DNA of 38,199 bases from a virus (lineage: Duplodnaviria > Caudoviricetes), in the IMG/VR virus record IMGVR_UViG_3300037458_000574, positions 1 to 38,199 of that record; one strand, 5' to 3'. Under the pieces are notes generated by a model that was not told the origin of the DNA, searched no databases, and saw only the letters and a list, made by a program, of their open reading frames with translations. This document shows, piece by piece, positions 8,740 to 15,973 of this stretch (its first letter is position 1; each line of letters opens with the position of its first letter). The translations under genes were made by a program, and so were the position numbers.

Positions 8740-8918
8740 GCGAATGGAGAAAACAATCAATGTATAAGACTCCAATGTTTGCCGATTTTAATCTGGTAGC
8801 ACCATTTCGGCTGAAAACAAATGAGTGGACTGACTATGACGCCGCCTGTGAGCAACTATGGGCAAATCGGAAAAGATTTGTAGACGACGGATTGCTGGGG
8901 GTGGGAAATGAGCGATGA
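8736..8918 (+). CDS. Hypothetical protein
   Basis: MSEWRKQ...; ATGA overlap within a GGGAAATGAGCG junction. Confidence 0.55.
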   Translation: MSEWRKQSMYKTPMFADFNLVAPFRLKTNEWTDYDAACEQLWANRKRFVDDGLLGVGNER

Positions 8919-9204
8919 GACGAAGGGGCCGTATTATATAAACGAAAATCGTGGGATTGAAGGTCCGACAGCTTTCGAGTTTAGCCTCCACATGGAGGGC
9001 GATACAGTTACCCGCGAATCCGCGCAAAATATGGCCGACAAGGTTAACGAAGTTTTCGCCGCCGGGTTCAAAGCTGGCCGCAAAAGCCGGGACGATTTGC
9101 GTGCCCAGCTTGAGACTATATCAATGTATGCTGGCCCGATAGACTGGAGATTGCTTGTGAAATTCGTAAATGAAACCCTTGCCGCGGACGACAAACTAAA
9201 GTGA
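8908..9204 (+). CDS. Small protein, GRxSRDxLR family copy 3
   Basis: GFKAGRKSRDDLR...TLAADDK. Confidence 0.7.
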   Translation: MSDETKGPYYINENRGIEGPTAFEFSLHMEGDTVTRESAQNMADKVNEVFAAGFKAGRKSRDDLRAQLETISMYAGPIDWRLLVKFVNETLAADDKLK

Positions 9205-9521
9205 TTCCACCCGGCTCCGTCGAGGAATTTAGGTTCGCGCCGCCCAGAAAATTTATGAAATTCCATGCTTATCTTCGGAGCTTAAGGGAAACGCTTGGCT
9301 TTTCGTTGCGAGATGTTGAACATCTAACAGGGATGCCCTTCTCACACCTATCACAGATCGAGACGGGGAAACGCGGTCGAAGGATAAGCATGGAGACCGT
9401 CGCACGGTTAAGCATGGCGTACGGTAAGAGATTCTCAGAAATATGCCGCATTTATTACAGATGCCATTTCATGAAGACGAAATACTATGAAGGATATTTT
9501 AAGGACGCAAAATCAAAGTGA
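9201..9521 (+). CDS. XRE-family HTH protein
   Basis: LRSLRETLGFSLRDVEHLTGMPFSHLSQIETGKR. Confidence 0.85.
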   Translation: MIPPGSVEEFRFAPPRKFMKFHAYLRSLRETLGFSLRDVEHLTGMPFSHLSQIETGKRGRRISMETVARLSMAYGKRFSEICRIYYRCHFMKTKYYEGYFKDAKSK

Positions 9522-9883
9522 ACGTTATTCTACCGTTTCCACCATCGTCTAATAGATATTGGCGTTTCCCGCGTGGCCTTGGCTATCCCATCGTTTCCGC
9601 AGAGGCGAGGAAATACAAGGTTCATGCCGCGTGGGAAGCGAAACGGCAGGGGATGAAGCCATTGAGCGGCCCGGTGAGTGTAAAAATCGTTGCCCACCGC
9701 CCGGCGAAGCGCGGCGACCTGGACAACATGCTGAAGGTGGCCTTGGATGCTCTCAAGGGGATTGCCTGGGAAGATGATGAGCAAATAGAGGTTTTGACAG
9801 CGGCGAGATTCGAGGACAAAGAAAATCCGCGATTGGAAATACGGGTGGAGCATGTGCCGATTATTCAGGAGGCGTTGAAATGA
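9518..9883 (+). CDS. rusA: RusA-family Holliday junction resolvase
   Basis: LPFPPSSNRYWR...GDLDNMLKVALDALKGIAWEDDEQI. Confidence 0.93.
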   Translation: MNVILPFPPSSNRYWRFPRGLGYPIVSAEARKYKVHAAWEAKRQGMKPLSGPVSVKIVAHRPAKRGDLDNMLKVALDALKGIAWEDDEQIEVLTAARFEDKENPRLEIRVEHVPIIQEALK

Positions 9884-10074
9884 GCCTCCATATTCACGCA
9901 CCAAAAGCCGTCAAGGAAACCGTTCGCGTTTTGTATTGCCCGAAGTGCGACAAAAAGCGGCGCGTGAATGTGAGGTTCTATGAATGGTATGGCCCCGGCG
10001 CGACATGCTCTGCAAAGCGTCGGCGGTGGAAAAATGTAGTCAAGCCGTGTGGGTATCACTGGCAATGGGAGTAA
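9880..10074 (+). CDS. Small Cys-containing protein
   Basis: Starts in repeat 1; CPKC...C...C. Confidence 0.65.
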   Translation: MSLHIHAPKAVKETVRVLYCPKCDKKRRVNVRFYEWYGPGATCSAKRRRWKNVVKPCGYHWQWE

Positions 10075-10093
10075 TGACAGAGGAGGCGTTGAA

Positions 10094-10198
10094 ATGAGCG
10101 ATTTCTGCGCGGCGTTGGGCCACGATTGGGGCACTTTTAGCGACGGAGAAAAATGCCCATTGTGCGGACAAGAGAAGCCGAAGGAGGCGTTGAAATGA
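10094..10198 (+). CDS. 34-aa zinc-finger microprotein (not in ORF track)
   Basis: MSDFCAALGHDWGTFSDGEKCPLCGQEKPKEALK, bounded exactly by repeats 2 and 3. Confidence 0.7.
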   Translation: MSDFCAALGHDWGTFSDGEKCPLCGQEKPKEALK

Positions 10199-10431
10199 GC
10201 GACGACGTCAAGAACGACGGCGGACCGGCGTTTCCAGGGGCATACAAAACTAACACAGGTTTGCCGTTTTGGTCAGAAGGGATGTCCTTGCGGGATTATT
10301 TCGCAGGACTGGCGATGCAGGGGATGTTAGCAAATTCTGCTCTAGACCTCGCGGGGGAAAATGGATTTTATGTTGTCAAGAGCGCATACAGAATGTCCGA
10401 CGCGATGATACAGCACAGGGAGAAGAAATGA
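10195..10431 (+). CDS. Conserved small phage protein (GGPAFP...GMSLRDYFA family)
   Basis: NDGGPAFP and GMSLRDYFAGLAMQG motifs, widespread in phages. Confidence 0.8.
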   Translation: MSDDVKNDGGPAFPGAYKTNTGLPFWSEGMSLRDYFAGLAMQGMLANSALDLAGENGFYVVKSAYRMSDAMIQHREKK

Positions 10432-10658
10432 AACCGCGACCTTTACAGATCGGCGAAGTGCTACAGCTTCACCCGGACTACCAACCGGACGTTTTCGGCG
10501 GCGCGTTTTTCGTCGTTACGGAACCGAAGGACTGGGGGGCGCAGGGTTACTGCCACATGTGCCAGGGGCGAAGCGTCGCATACATCCGCCCGAAATTCGA
10601 GGATTTGGAGCCAATCGGAAAAGCGGTCTGGGCTATTGGCGGGGAGGAAGCAAAATGA
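10428..10658 (+). CDS. Hypothetical phage protein (SH3-like beta fold possible)
   Basis: GEVLQL...VVTEPKDWGAQGY; ATGA coupling. Confidence 0.65.
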   Translation: MKPRPLQIGEVLQLHPDYQPDVFGGAFFVVTEPKDWGAQGYCHMCQGRSVAYIRPKFEDLEPIGKAVWAIGGEEAK

Positions 10659-10900
10659 GCGAGAAAGAGAAACGACCATTACCGCGCGAAATAGCGGAGT
10701 TGTTTGAGGCATCAAGAGCGGCGTTGGATTGCCGGGATGAGGCCATACGTTCTATTTTTCGCACGTCGAAGGCGATTTACTACGGCAAAAAAGCGAATGA
10801 GTATCAATCGAAGGCGTGGAAACTGGTAAATGAGTTATACCCAGATTGGGCTGACCTACAGAAATCCACAAAGGACGGCGAAGTGTGGACGAGAGAGTAG
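10655..10900 (+). CDS. Hypothetical protein
   Basis: GGAGG RBS; ATGA coupling. Confidence 0.6.
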   Translation: MSEKEKRPLPREIAELFEASRAALDCRDEAIRSIFRTSKAIYYGKKANEYQSKAWKLVNELYPDWADLQKSTKDGEVWTRE

Positions 10901-10908
10901 GACGCGAA

Positions 10909-11217
10909 ATGACCAACGAACAATTTGAAAATCTTATGGACGCCGCAATCGCCCAGGAACGGGCGACGCTGATTAATAAGGCTGGCGAATACGCAAGCGA
11001 CGCCGACCGATTCCACAATTTCTACGCCGGGGCCGCCATCTCCGGCCAGACCCCGGCGCGGACGCTGTGGGGATTCCTGGTGAAGCATCTTGTTTCCGTT
11101 CGGGACATCGTGGACGGTCGGAAAGCGGATCGCGCCATGCTTCGGGAGAAGATTGGGGACTGCCGGAATTACCTTGTTCTTCTGGAAGGGCTTTTGTTGG
11201 ACGAGGCCGCGAAATGA
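10909..11217 (+). CDS. All-alpha phage protein, possibly nucleotide-modification-associated / pyrophosphatase-like
   Basis: L..KA.EYA...DRFHNF...KH...EKIGD..NYLVLL pattern; family assignment tentative. Confidence 0.5.
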   Translation: MTNEQFENLMDAAIAQERATLINKAGEYASDADRFHNFYAGAAISGQTPARTLWGFLVKHLVSVRDIVDGRKADRAMLREKIGDCRNYLVLLEGLLLDEAAK

Positions 11218-11342
11218 CCTTGACACCCGCCGCGCCGTTTGCTAAGTTTGGAGTTGCGAGGATCACGGAATTGTCTGACAATCATCTAGCGCGTGCTTAT
11301 TTCATTTTGGCCGCGCTTATTCTTGGGCGCGGCTTTTCAATT

Positions 11343-11409
11343 CTGCCCCCCGAAGGGTTGTCAGCGTGATCCTCGCAGATTACGCGCGCTCTCGGGGGGT
11401 AGTTTTTTT
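11343..11409 (+). promoter_or_regulatory. Terminator-like hairpin that also sequesters the putative RBS of the next gene
   Basis: CTGCCCCCCGA / TCGGGGGGTAG stem with inner GCGTGATC/GATTACGC, then a T run directly before ATG 11410. Confidence 0.55.
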
Positions 11410-11943
11410 ATGAGCCTTTCAAAAAAGATTAGGTTTGAGGTTTTTAAGCGAGACGGTTTTAAATGCGTTTATTGCGGACGCATCCCTTCCGAAGCAGTCC
11501 TTGAAGTTGACCACGTTATGGCGGTTTCTAATGGCGGCACCGACGATATAAACAACCTGATTACATCTTGTTTTGATTGCAACCGTGGAAAATCAAATAT
11601 CAAACTTTCAACTCTTCCGGCGACGGTACAAGAAAACATCGAAAAACTTCAAAATCAAGAAGAACAGCTTACCGAATATTACAAACTTTTAAAAAAAATA
11701 AGAAGACAAGAAACAAAACAAATTTCGCGCGTCAACGAAGTCTTTTGTTTATACCATCCAGGATTTTCTCTAAGTGAGAGTTTTAAAAATAATTCATTAA
11801 AAAACTTTATTAAAAAACTTGGACCTGAGGCTGTAGTTGACGCCATGCACTCTGCGGGGTCTCGCGGTTTTGATAGAGACCGCATGGTTAAATATTTTTG
11901 CGGTATTTGTTGGAGAAAAACAAGAGAAAACGAAATCGAATAA
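11410..11943 (+). CDS. HNH-domain protein with a coiled coil and a DnaD-like C-terminal domain
   Basis: RFEVFKRDGFKCVYCG...LEVDH...GGTDDINNLITSCFDCNRGKS (HNH, secure). C-terminus FIKKLGPEAVVDAM...KYFCGICW resembles DnaD/DnaB_2 (tentative). AT-rich. Confidence 0.8.
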   Translation: MSLSKKIRFEVFKRDGFKCVYCGRIPSEAVLEVDHVMAVSNGGTDDINNLITSCFDCNRGKSNIKLSTLPATVQENIEKLQNQEEQLTEYYKLLKKIRRQETKQISRVNEVFCLYHPGFSLSESFKNNSLKNFIKKLGPEAVVDAMHSAGSRGFDRDRMVKYFCGICWRKTRENEIE

Positions 11944-12295
11944 GGCCCGCCCGGAACGTCGGGCCACGTTGAATTACAAATAGTACCGGTCGGCGGAGCG
12001 GTCCGCCAGAGCAGAGCAACGCAAGAGAAAACCGAAGAACCGGGTAGAACCTCATCCGGGCTACTGCGATGGCTTCACATCGGAGCCACTACAAAAGCCC
12101 GGAGCCGACGAGAAGCGAACTATCTATCGGCGAGGCTGAACGTAAGGCGCAGACAACCAGGCCGCGTCTTTAACCCCGGCAGGGATGCTTCCTCCAGGAT
12201 TAAGATTGTTTCGGGGCATTATCGGCTGTAAATAAAACGCAGAAAATACTGGGTTCACGACGGTGAAGATTAGTCAAGATTAGTCAATCTTAGAC
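11944..12295 (+). ncRNA. Candidate structured RNA or replication origin
   Basis: ORF-free stretch with stems GGCGGA/TCCGCC, CCGGGCT/AGCCCGG (inner CGATG/CATCG), GCCGA/TCGGC and CCCCG/CGGGG; ends with tandem AAGATTAGTC x2. Confidence 0.45.
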
Positions 12296-12325
12296 GGTAA
12301 ATTTACAAATGGACAAGGTGAAAAT

Positions 12326-12496
12326 GTGGCGTTCAGGGAACGGGTTCCGGTGGGTTATTTAAGCGTCGTGTCTTTCTCTCAAAGCAGACGGATATCGGTT
12401 TCTACGGTGCGCCGGATGATAAAGGGGGGGGAGCTTGATGTGAAACGAGGACGTTGGCGGTGGTTTATTTCTGTGAACGGCAGGGGGAGAAAATGA
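12326..12496 (+). CDS. 56-aa HTH_17/MerR-like DNA-binding protein (not in ORF track)
   Basis: GTG start after AAGGTG; GYLSVVSFSQSRRISVSTVRRMIKGGELDVKRGRWRWFI; ATGA overlap with the next gene. Confidence 0.6.
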   Translation: MAFRERVPVGYLSVVSFSQSRRISVSTVRRMIKGGELDVKRGRWRWFISVNGRGRK

Positions 12497-12702
12497 CCTT
12501 CGATGAGTTTTTGGCCAGGTTCCGGGAACGGCATCCCGACTGGTTCGGTGACGCCCCGGCGCGGACGGCCCCCGCGGCTCCGCCCCGCGGCTCCCCCGCG
12601 GCCCCCGCGGTTGCCGTGCCGGCGGACGTGGATGACGGGTGGGACGGCGTGGAAGTGGAGCCGGAGGAAGGCGGGGAGCCTGAAAATTGGTGGGAAAGAT
12701 GA
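12493..12702 (+). CDS. Hypothetical protein with a Pro/Ala linker and acidic tail
   Basis: MTFDEFLARFRERHPDWF...ENWWER; coupled to neighbours on both sides. Confidence 0.6.
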   Translation: MTFDEFLARFRERHPDWFGDAPARTAPAAPPRGSPAAPAVAVPADVDDGWDGVEVEPEEGGEPENWWER

Positions 12703-12944
12703 CCCAAACCGCCGCCATCCTGTCCCGCCTACAGGCCGGGGAGACCATTACCCCGCTGGACGCCTTAAGGGATTGCGGGAGTTTCAGGGTTGGCGCGCGT
12801 ATTTTTGAACTTCGGCGCGCCGGGTATCAAATTGAAACGACCCGCGTCCATACCCCAGGAGGGGCAATAGTGGCGGGATATCGGCTGGCAAAAGACGCTA
12901 CGCCCCCCGCCATTCAAACAGAACCGGGCCAAAAGGGGGGGTGA
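12699..12944 (+). CDS. Winged-helix DNA-binding phage protein
   Basis: MTQTAAILSRLQAGETITPLDAL..CGSFRVGARIFELRRAGYQIET. Confidence 0.8.
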   Translation: MTQTAAILSRLQAGETITPLDALRDCGSFRVGARIFELRRAGYQIETTRVHTPGGAIVAGYRLAKDATPPAIQTEPGQKGG

Positions 12945-13026
12945 AATGGCGCGGGGATGGGTAGGACGGCGGGGGGGGTGAAAAAGGGCTTCAAAACGCG
13001 AAAACAACAGGATTTGGAGGCCGGCA

Positions 13027-13263
13027 ATGAACGTCGAAACGCCAGTTTGCGATGTTGACAGGGCAATTTTGAGCCGAGCCCAGGGGAAAGCAATTCTTTC
13101 GGTGGCTTGCGGGTGTTGCGGGGTGGCGGTGGGGCTGGAGCGGAGGCGATACCGCGGCAATCGGAATCACGGGTGGGTAGAACTGGCTTGGCGGTGCAGT
13201 TGCCGGGACGCGGAGAAGTGCGCGCTTTGTGGGCGGTGCGGGGAGCATTGCAGGTGCGCGTGA
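13027..13263 (+). CDS. Cys-rich small protein
   Basis: GGAGG RBS; several CxxC/CxC motifs. Confidence 0.55.
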   Translation: MNVETPVCDVDRAILSRAQGKAILSVACGCCGVAVGLERRRYRGNRNHGWVELAWRCSCRDAEKCALCGRCGEHCRCA

Positions 13264-13448
13264 AACTTAAGACCCCGGAGCCCATCGGCGAATGGCTCCC
13301 CGTCCAGAGCGCCCGCGTCCAGTGTCAACGATGTCGGGCGCGGGATGGTCGGATGTTTTATCAGAGTTACCGCCCGGACAATTTGTGTTATTTCATCACG
13401 GAGATCGCCTGTGAAAAATGCGCCAGAGAACAAACTGAAAATTTGTGA
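13260..13448 (+). CDS. Zinc-ribbon small protein
   Basis: GTGA overlap; CQRC...CEKC. Confidence 0.5.
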   Translation: MKLKTPEPIGEWLPVQSARVQCQRCRARDGRMFYQSYRPDNLCYFITEIACEKCAREQTENL

Positions 13449-13568
13449 GTGCGGGCATGAAAACCTGGAACACTGGCGCAACTATTTCGGGCGGCGGACT
13501 TTTTGCGCGAGGCCTCGTTGCAAGTGCGAGATGTTTCGGGAGAGAGAATTAAAAACAGGAGGCGACAA

Positions 13569-13826
13569 ATGAAAATCATAGCGACGGCGGTAATACTGAT
13601 GGGCATGGCGGGTCTTTGCCGGGCGGACGATTACGGGCGGGCCTATCAGGAGGGCTACCGGGAGGGGGCAAGGCAAGCGCAGGGGGCTTATAGCATTGCG
13701 CCCATTGCGCCCATTGCCCCGATCCCGGACGTATACCGCAACACGGCGCGGGACGGGTATAACAAGGGCGTGATTGAGGGGACGGAGAGCGTAGAGCAAG
13801 GAACGCAAGACAACAGCGGCTGGTGA
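13569..13826 (+). CDS. Small exported protein
   Basis: GGAGG RBS; signal peptide MKIIATAVILMGMAGLCRA; internal IAPIAPIAPIP repeat. Confidence 0.7.
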   Translation: MKIIATAVILMGMAGLCRADDYGRAYQEGYREGARQAQGAYSIAPIAPIAPIPDVYRNTARDGYNKGVIEGTESVEQGTQDNSGW

Positions 13827-13830
13827 AGGG

Positions 13831-13998
13831 ATGGGGGTATATTGGAGAAGGGCGTTTGATTTGCACATAGCCTATCTTGTTGACCAGGGTCTAACGGCGA
13901 AGCAGGCGGCGATGGAGGTTGGAATAAGCCTGTGGTGCGTGTATAGGATTTTGAGAAGGTTTCAAAAGTTTCACGGTAAACAAAAGTGCAAAAAATAA
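13831..13998 (+). CDS. 55-aa HTH protein, candidate late-transcription regulator (not in ORF track)
   Basis: LVDQGLTAKQAAMEVGISLWCVYRILRR; last gene before the late non-coding region. Confidence 0.6.
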   Translation: MGVYWRRAFDLHIAYLVDQGLTAKQAAMEVGISLWCVYRILRRFQKFHGKQKCKK

Positions 13999-14039
13999 TT
14001 GTTGCGGGGGGTGGGGGGGGATGATTTAGGATAAAGACA

Positions 14040-14157
14040 CGCGATTGCCAAGCTCAATAAGGGAGCTTGGACATTACGTATTTAGACGCAACGACGATCA
14101 TCGGCAATCGCGCAAGGCCTCGCTCGGAGAAATCCGGGCGGGGCTTTATTTTTTTTT
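14040..14157 (+). ncRNA. Candidate small RNA/leader ending in an intrinsic terminator
   Basis: CGCGATTGCC/GGCAATCGCG stem enclosing AAGCTC/GAGCTT, then AGGCCTCGCTCGGA-GAAA-TCCGGGCGGGGCTT and a long T tract. Confidence 0.55.
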
Positions 14158-14570
14158 GAGCAATGCAAATTTATGATTACATCGAAGCGGAGCGAAGGGG
14201 TTTTGCGCGGAGGACCAACCAGGAGACTGGAAGGATATCCCGCTAGGCCGGAACAGAACCCGGCCGAAAACATTTTGTCCCCGGCGAGATGCCGGAACAG
14301 CCGACAAGACGGCTCAACCCCAACAGAGGGCCAAGGCAAGCCCTCAATGCGCGCCCAAGCGTCCAAGCGACCCGCCTCCCATCGCCCCTATAGCCTTACA
14401 CCAAGCCGGAAATTTATTCTTTTTCCGTCTAATGGATCTCCTACGCCCTGTCATCAAGGGCGCGCCGTCCCCCATGGACGGCTCACTGTAAGCCTATGCC
14501 AGTAGCACTCCCAAAATACAGCCCTCGCCCACGTAATCGACATGTGAGCACTAAAACACAGGGCTCCCAT

Positions 14571-15077
14571 ATGCCACAGCCTGTATCCTACAGACGCCTC
14601 ACAACAGGACGTAAAATCGCCATCAAGGCTATGCTCGATAGCGGTTTCCCAGAACGCCAAATAGCCGCCCTCGAAAACGTTTCTCCAGCTACCGTCAACA
14701 ACATTCGCCATGACCCAGAATTGCAAGACCTGTCCCCATCAATCGTCGAAAAAACTAAGTCAATGCTGGCTTCCAGAGCTTACGTCATGGCAGATCGCTC
14801 AATCTCTAAGGCCGCAGAAGAAGATCGACTAGACAAGATGAACTCTTACCAACTAACCGTTATGGGCTCCATCATGATAGATAAAGCTCGGTTGATGGAA
14901 GGGATGTCGACGGAGAATTTAGCGTTGCATTCTGTTAGTGAGCATCTCAAAAACGGTGCGAACGAGCTTGACAACATGAAATCATTGATAATCAAGCGAT
15001 TTCGGATGTCGTTAAATGAGGATAATGCAATCTCCGACGGAAACGCTAGTAAAACAAATGACAGTCATACTGTTTGA
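14571..15077 (+). CDS. Probable terminase small subunit (N-terminal HTH; alternative start 14496)
   Basis: GFPERQIAALENVSPATVNNIR HTH followed by a helical region; first gene of the late region. Confidence 0.55.
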   Translation: MPQPVSYRRLTTGRKIAIKAMLDSGFPERQIAALENVSPATVNNIRHDPELQDLSPSIVEKTKSMLASRAYVMADRSISKAAEEDRLDKMNSYQLTVMGSIMIDKARLMEGMSTENLALHSVSEHLKNGANELDNMKSLIIKRFRMSLNEDNAISDGNASKTNDSHTV

Positions 15078-15096
15078 GAGTGCTAATTAAGACGGA

Positions 15097-15513
15097 GTGA
15101 ACAATAATATGGCGTGGCCGACAGGTAAATCACGGAAAGAGTATAATAATCAACACAAAGCGGTGAAGCATACTTTTAACATACCGCACATTATCGGACA
15201 TTATCAGACCCCCCAGGTGGGGAACCCCCCCCCACACTCTACCGACGGAAATAATGATTCTTCCCCCATCCCTCCCGCCGAAAACAAAAGGGCGGTTGTT
15301 TCTGAGTGTTGCGAATGTGCGGAAGGTGTTGAATGTGATAGTGTTTCGAATAATTTAGAGAGTGCCAGTAAAGGCGGTGAAAATCAAGTTTTTCGGAATC
15401 TTCTGAAACTCGTTGATTATAAAGGGAAATATGAGGAATGTGTGTGTCAACATTGCAGAGGATTTGAGGAGAGGGTGAGGGAGGTAGTGGGGAAGATTTT
15501 GAAGGGGGTGTGA
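15097..15513 (+). CDS. Hypothetical protein, Cys-containing
   Basis: MAWPTGKSRK...; CCEC and CVCQHC. Confidence 0.55.
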   Translation: MNNNMAWPTGKSRKEYNNQHKAVKHTFNIPHIIGHYQTPQVGNPPPHSTDGNNDSSPIPPAENKRAVVSECCECAEGVECDSVSNNLESASKGGENQVFRNLLKLVDYKGKYEECVCQHCRGFEERVREVVGKILKGV

Positions 15514-15676
15514 GTGTGTGGGGGCGGCGGTTTTGGGGGTTTCGGTGGTGGGGGTTGTTTTGGGGTCGTGGGATTTCTTCTGAGCCTGAGGTTGGGCATG
15601 ATGGGCCGTATATGAGGGTGGGGAGGGTTGTGGGTGTAATTTTGAGGAGGGTGGAGGAAGGGAGGGTGGAGAGGTT

Positions 15677-15964
15677 GTGAGATTTGAGGTGAGGCCGTGG
15701 GGTTGGATGTGGAGGGTGGTGGAGTTTCGTCGGTGGTGGGTGAAGGTGCTGGGTGTTAGAGGGAGAACGAGTTTGCAGAGGCACGGGAAGCGTGGGGAGT
15801 GGTTTGTTGGGGTGATGAAGGTGAAGGCTGGGGAGTGGCACAGGCTTGGGAGAGGTTTGTATTTGGAGGTTGGGCACGGGGAATGTGAGGAGGGGGATAT
15901 AGAGAGGGCGGAGGACGATTATGGACGGGATAGAGTTGCAGATAACGCGTGTTTGCGAGATTAA
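15677..15964 (+). CDS. Minimal cupin resembling the mannose-6-phosphate isomerase (type II) C-terminal domain
   Basis: RPWG, VKVL, TSLQRH..R.E, GEWHRL, LEV..G and E.DIER.EDDYGR match the ManC/PMI cupin signature, with an internal deletion. Confidence 0.8.
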   Translation: MRFEVRPWGWMWRVVEFRRWWVKVLGVRGRTSLQRHGKRGEWFVGVMKVKAGEWHRLGRGLYLEVGHGECEEGDIERAEDDYGRDRVADNACLRD

Positions 15965-15973
15965 TTTAGAGAG

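Larger units (their letters stand above)
9867..10200 (+). repeat. Three exact 19-bp direct repeats AGGAGGCGTTGAAATGAGC (9867-9885, 10081-10099, 10182-10200)
   Basis: Each copy contains the RBS and ATG of the next small gene. Confidence 0.9.

Noticed and set aside
9867-10200. CRISPR-like mini-array
   Set aside because: The repeats are 19 bp, the spacing is irregular (195 and 82 nt), the intervening DNA is coding, and no cas genes are present.
11410-12295. IscB/HEARO (OMEGA) system or retron
   Set aside because: No PLMP or RuvC motifs, and no reverse transcriptase anywhere in the window. Kept only as an unexplained HNH plus structured-region finding.
15239-15877. 212-aa Pro/His/Thr-rich ORF on the minus strand
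   Set aside because: Low-complexity product of the extreme skew; the plus strand encodes a recognisable cupin.
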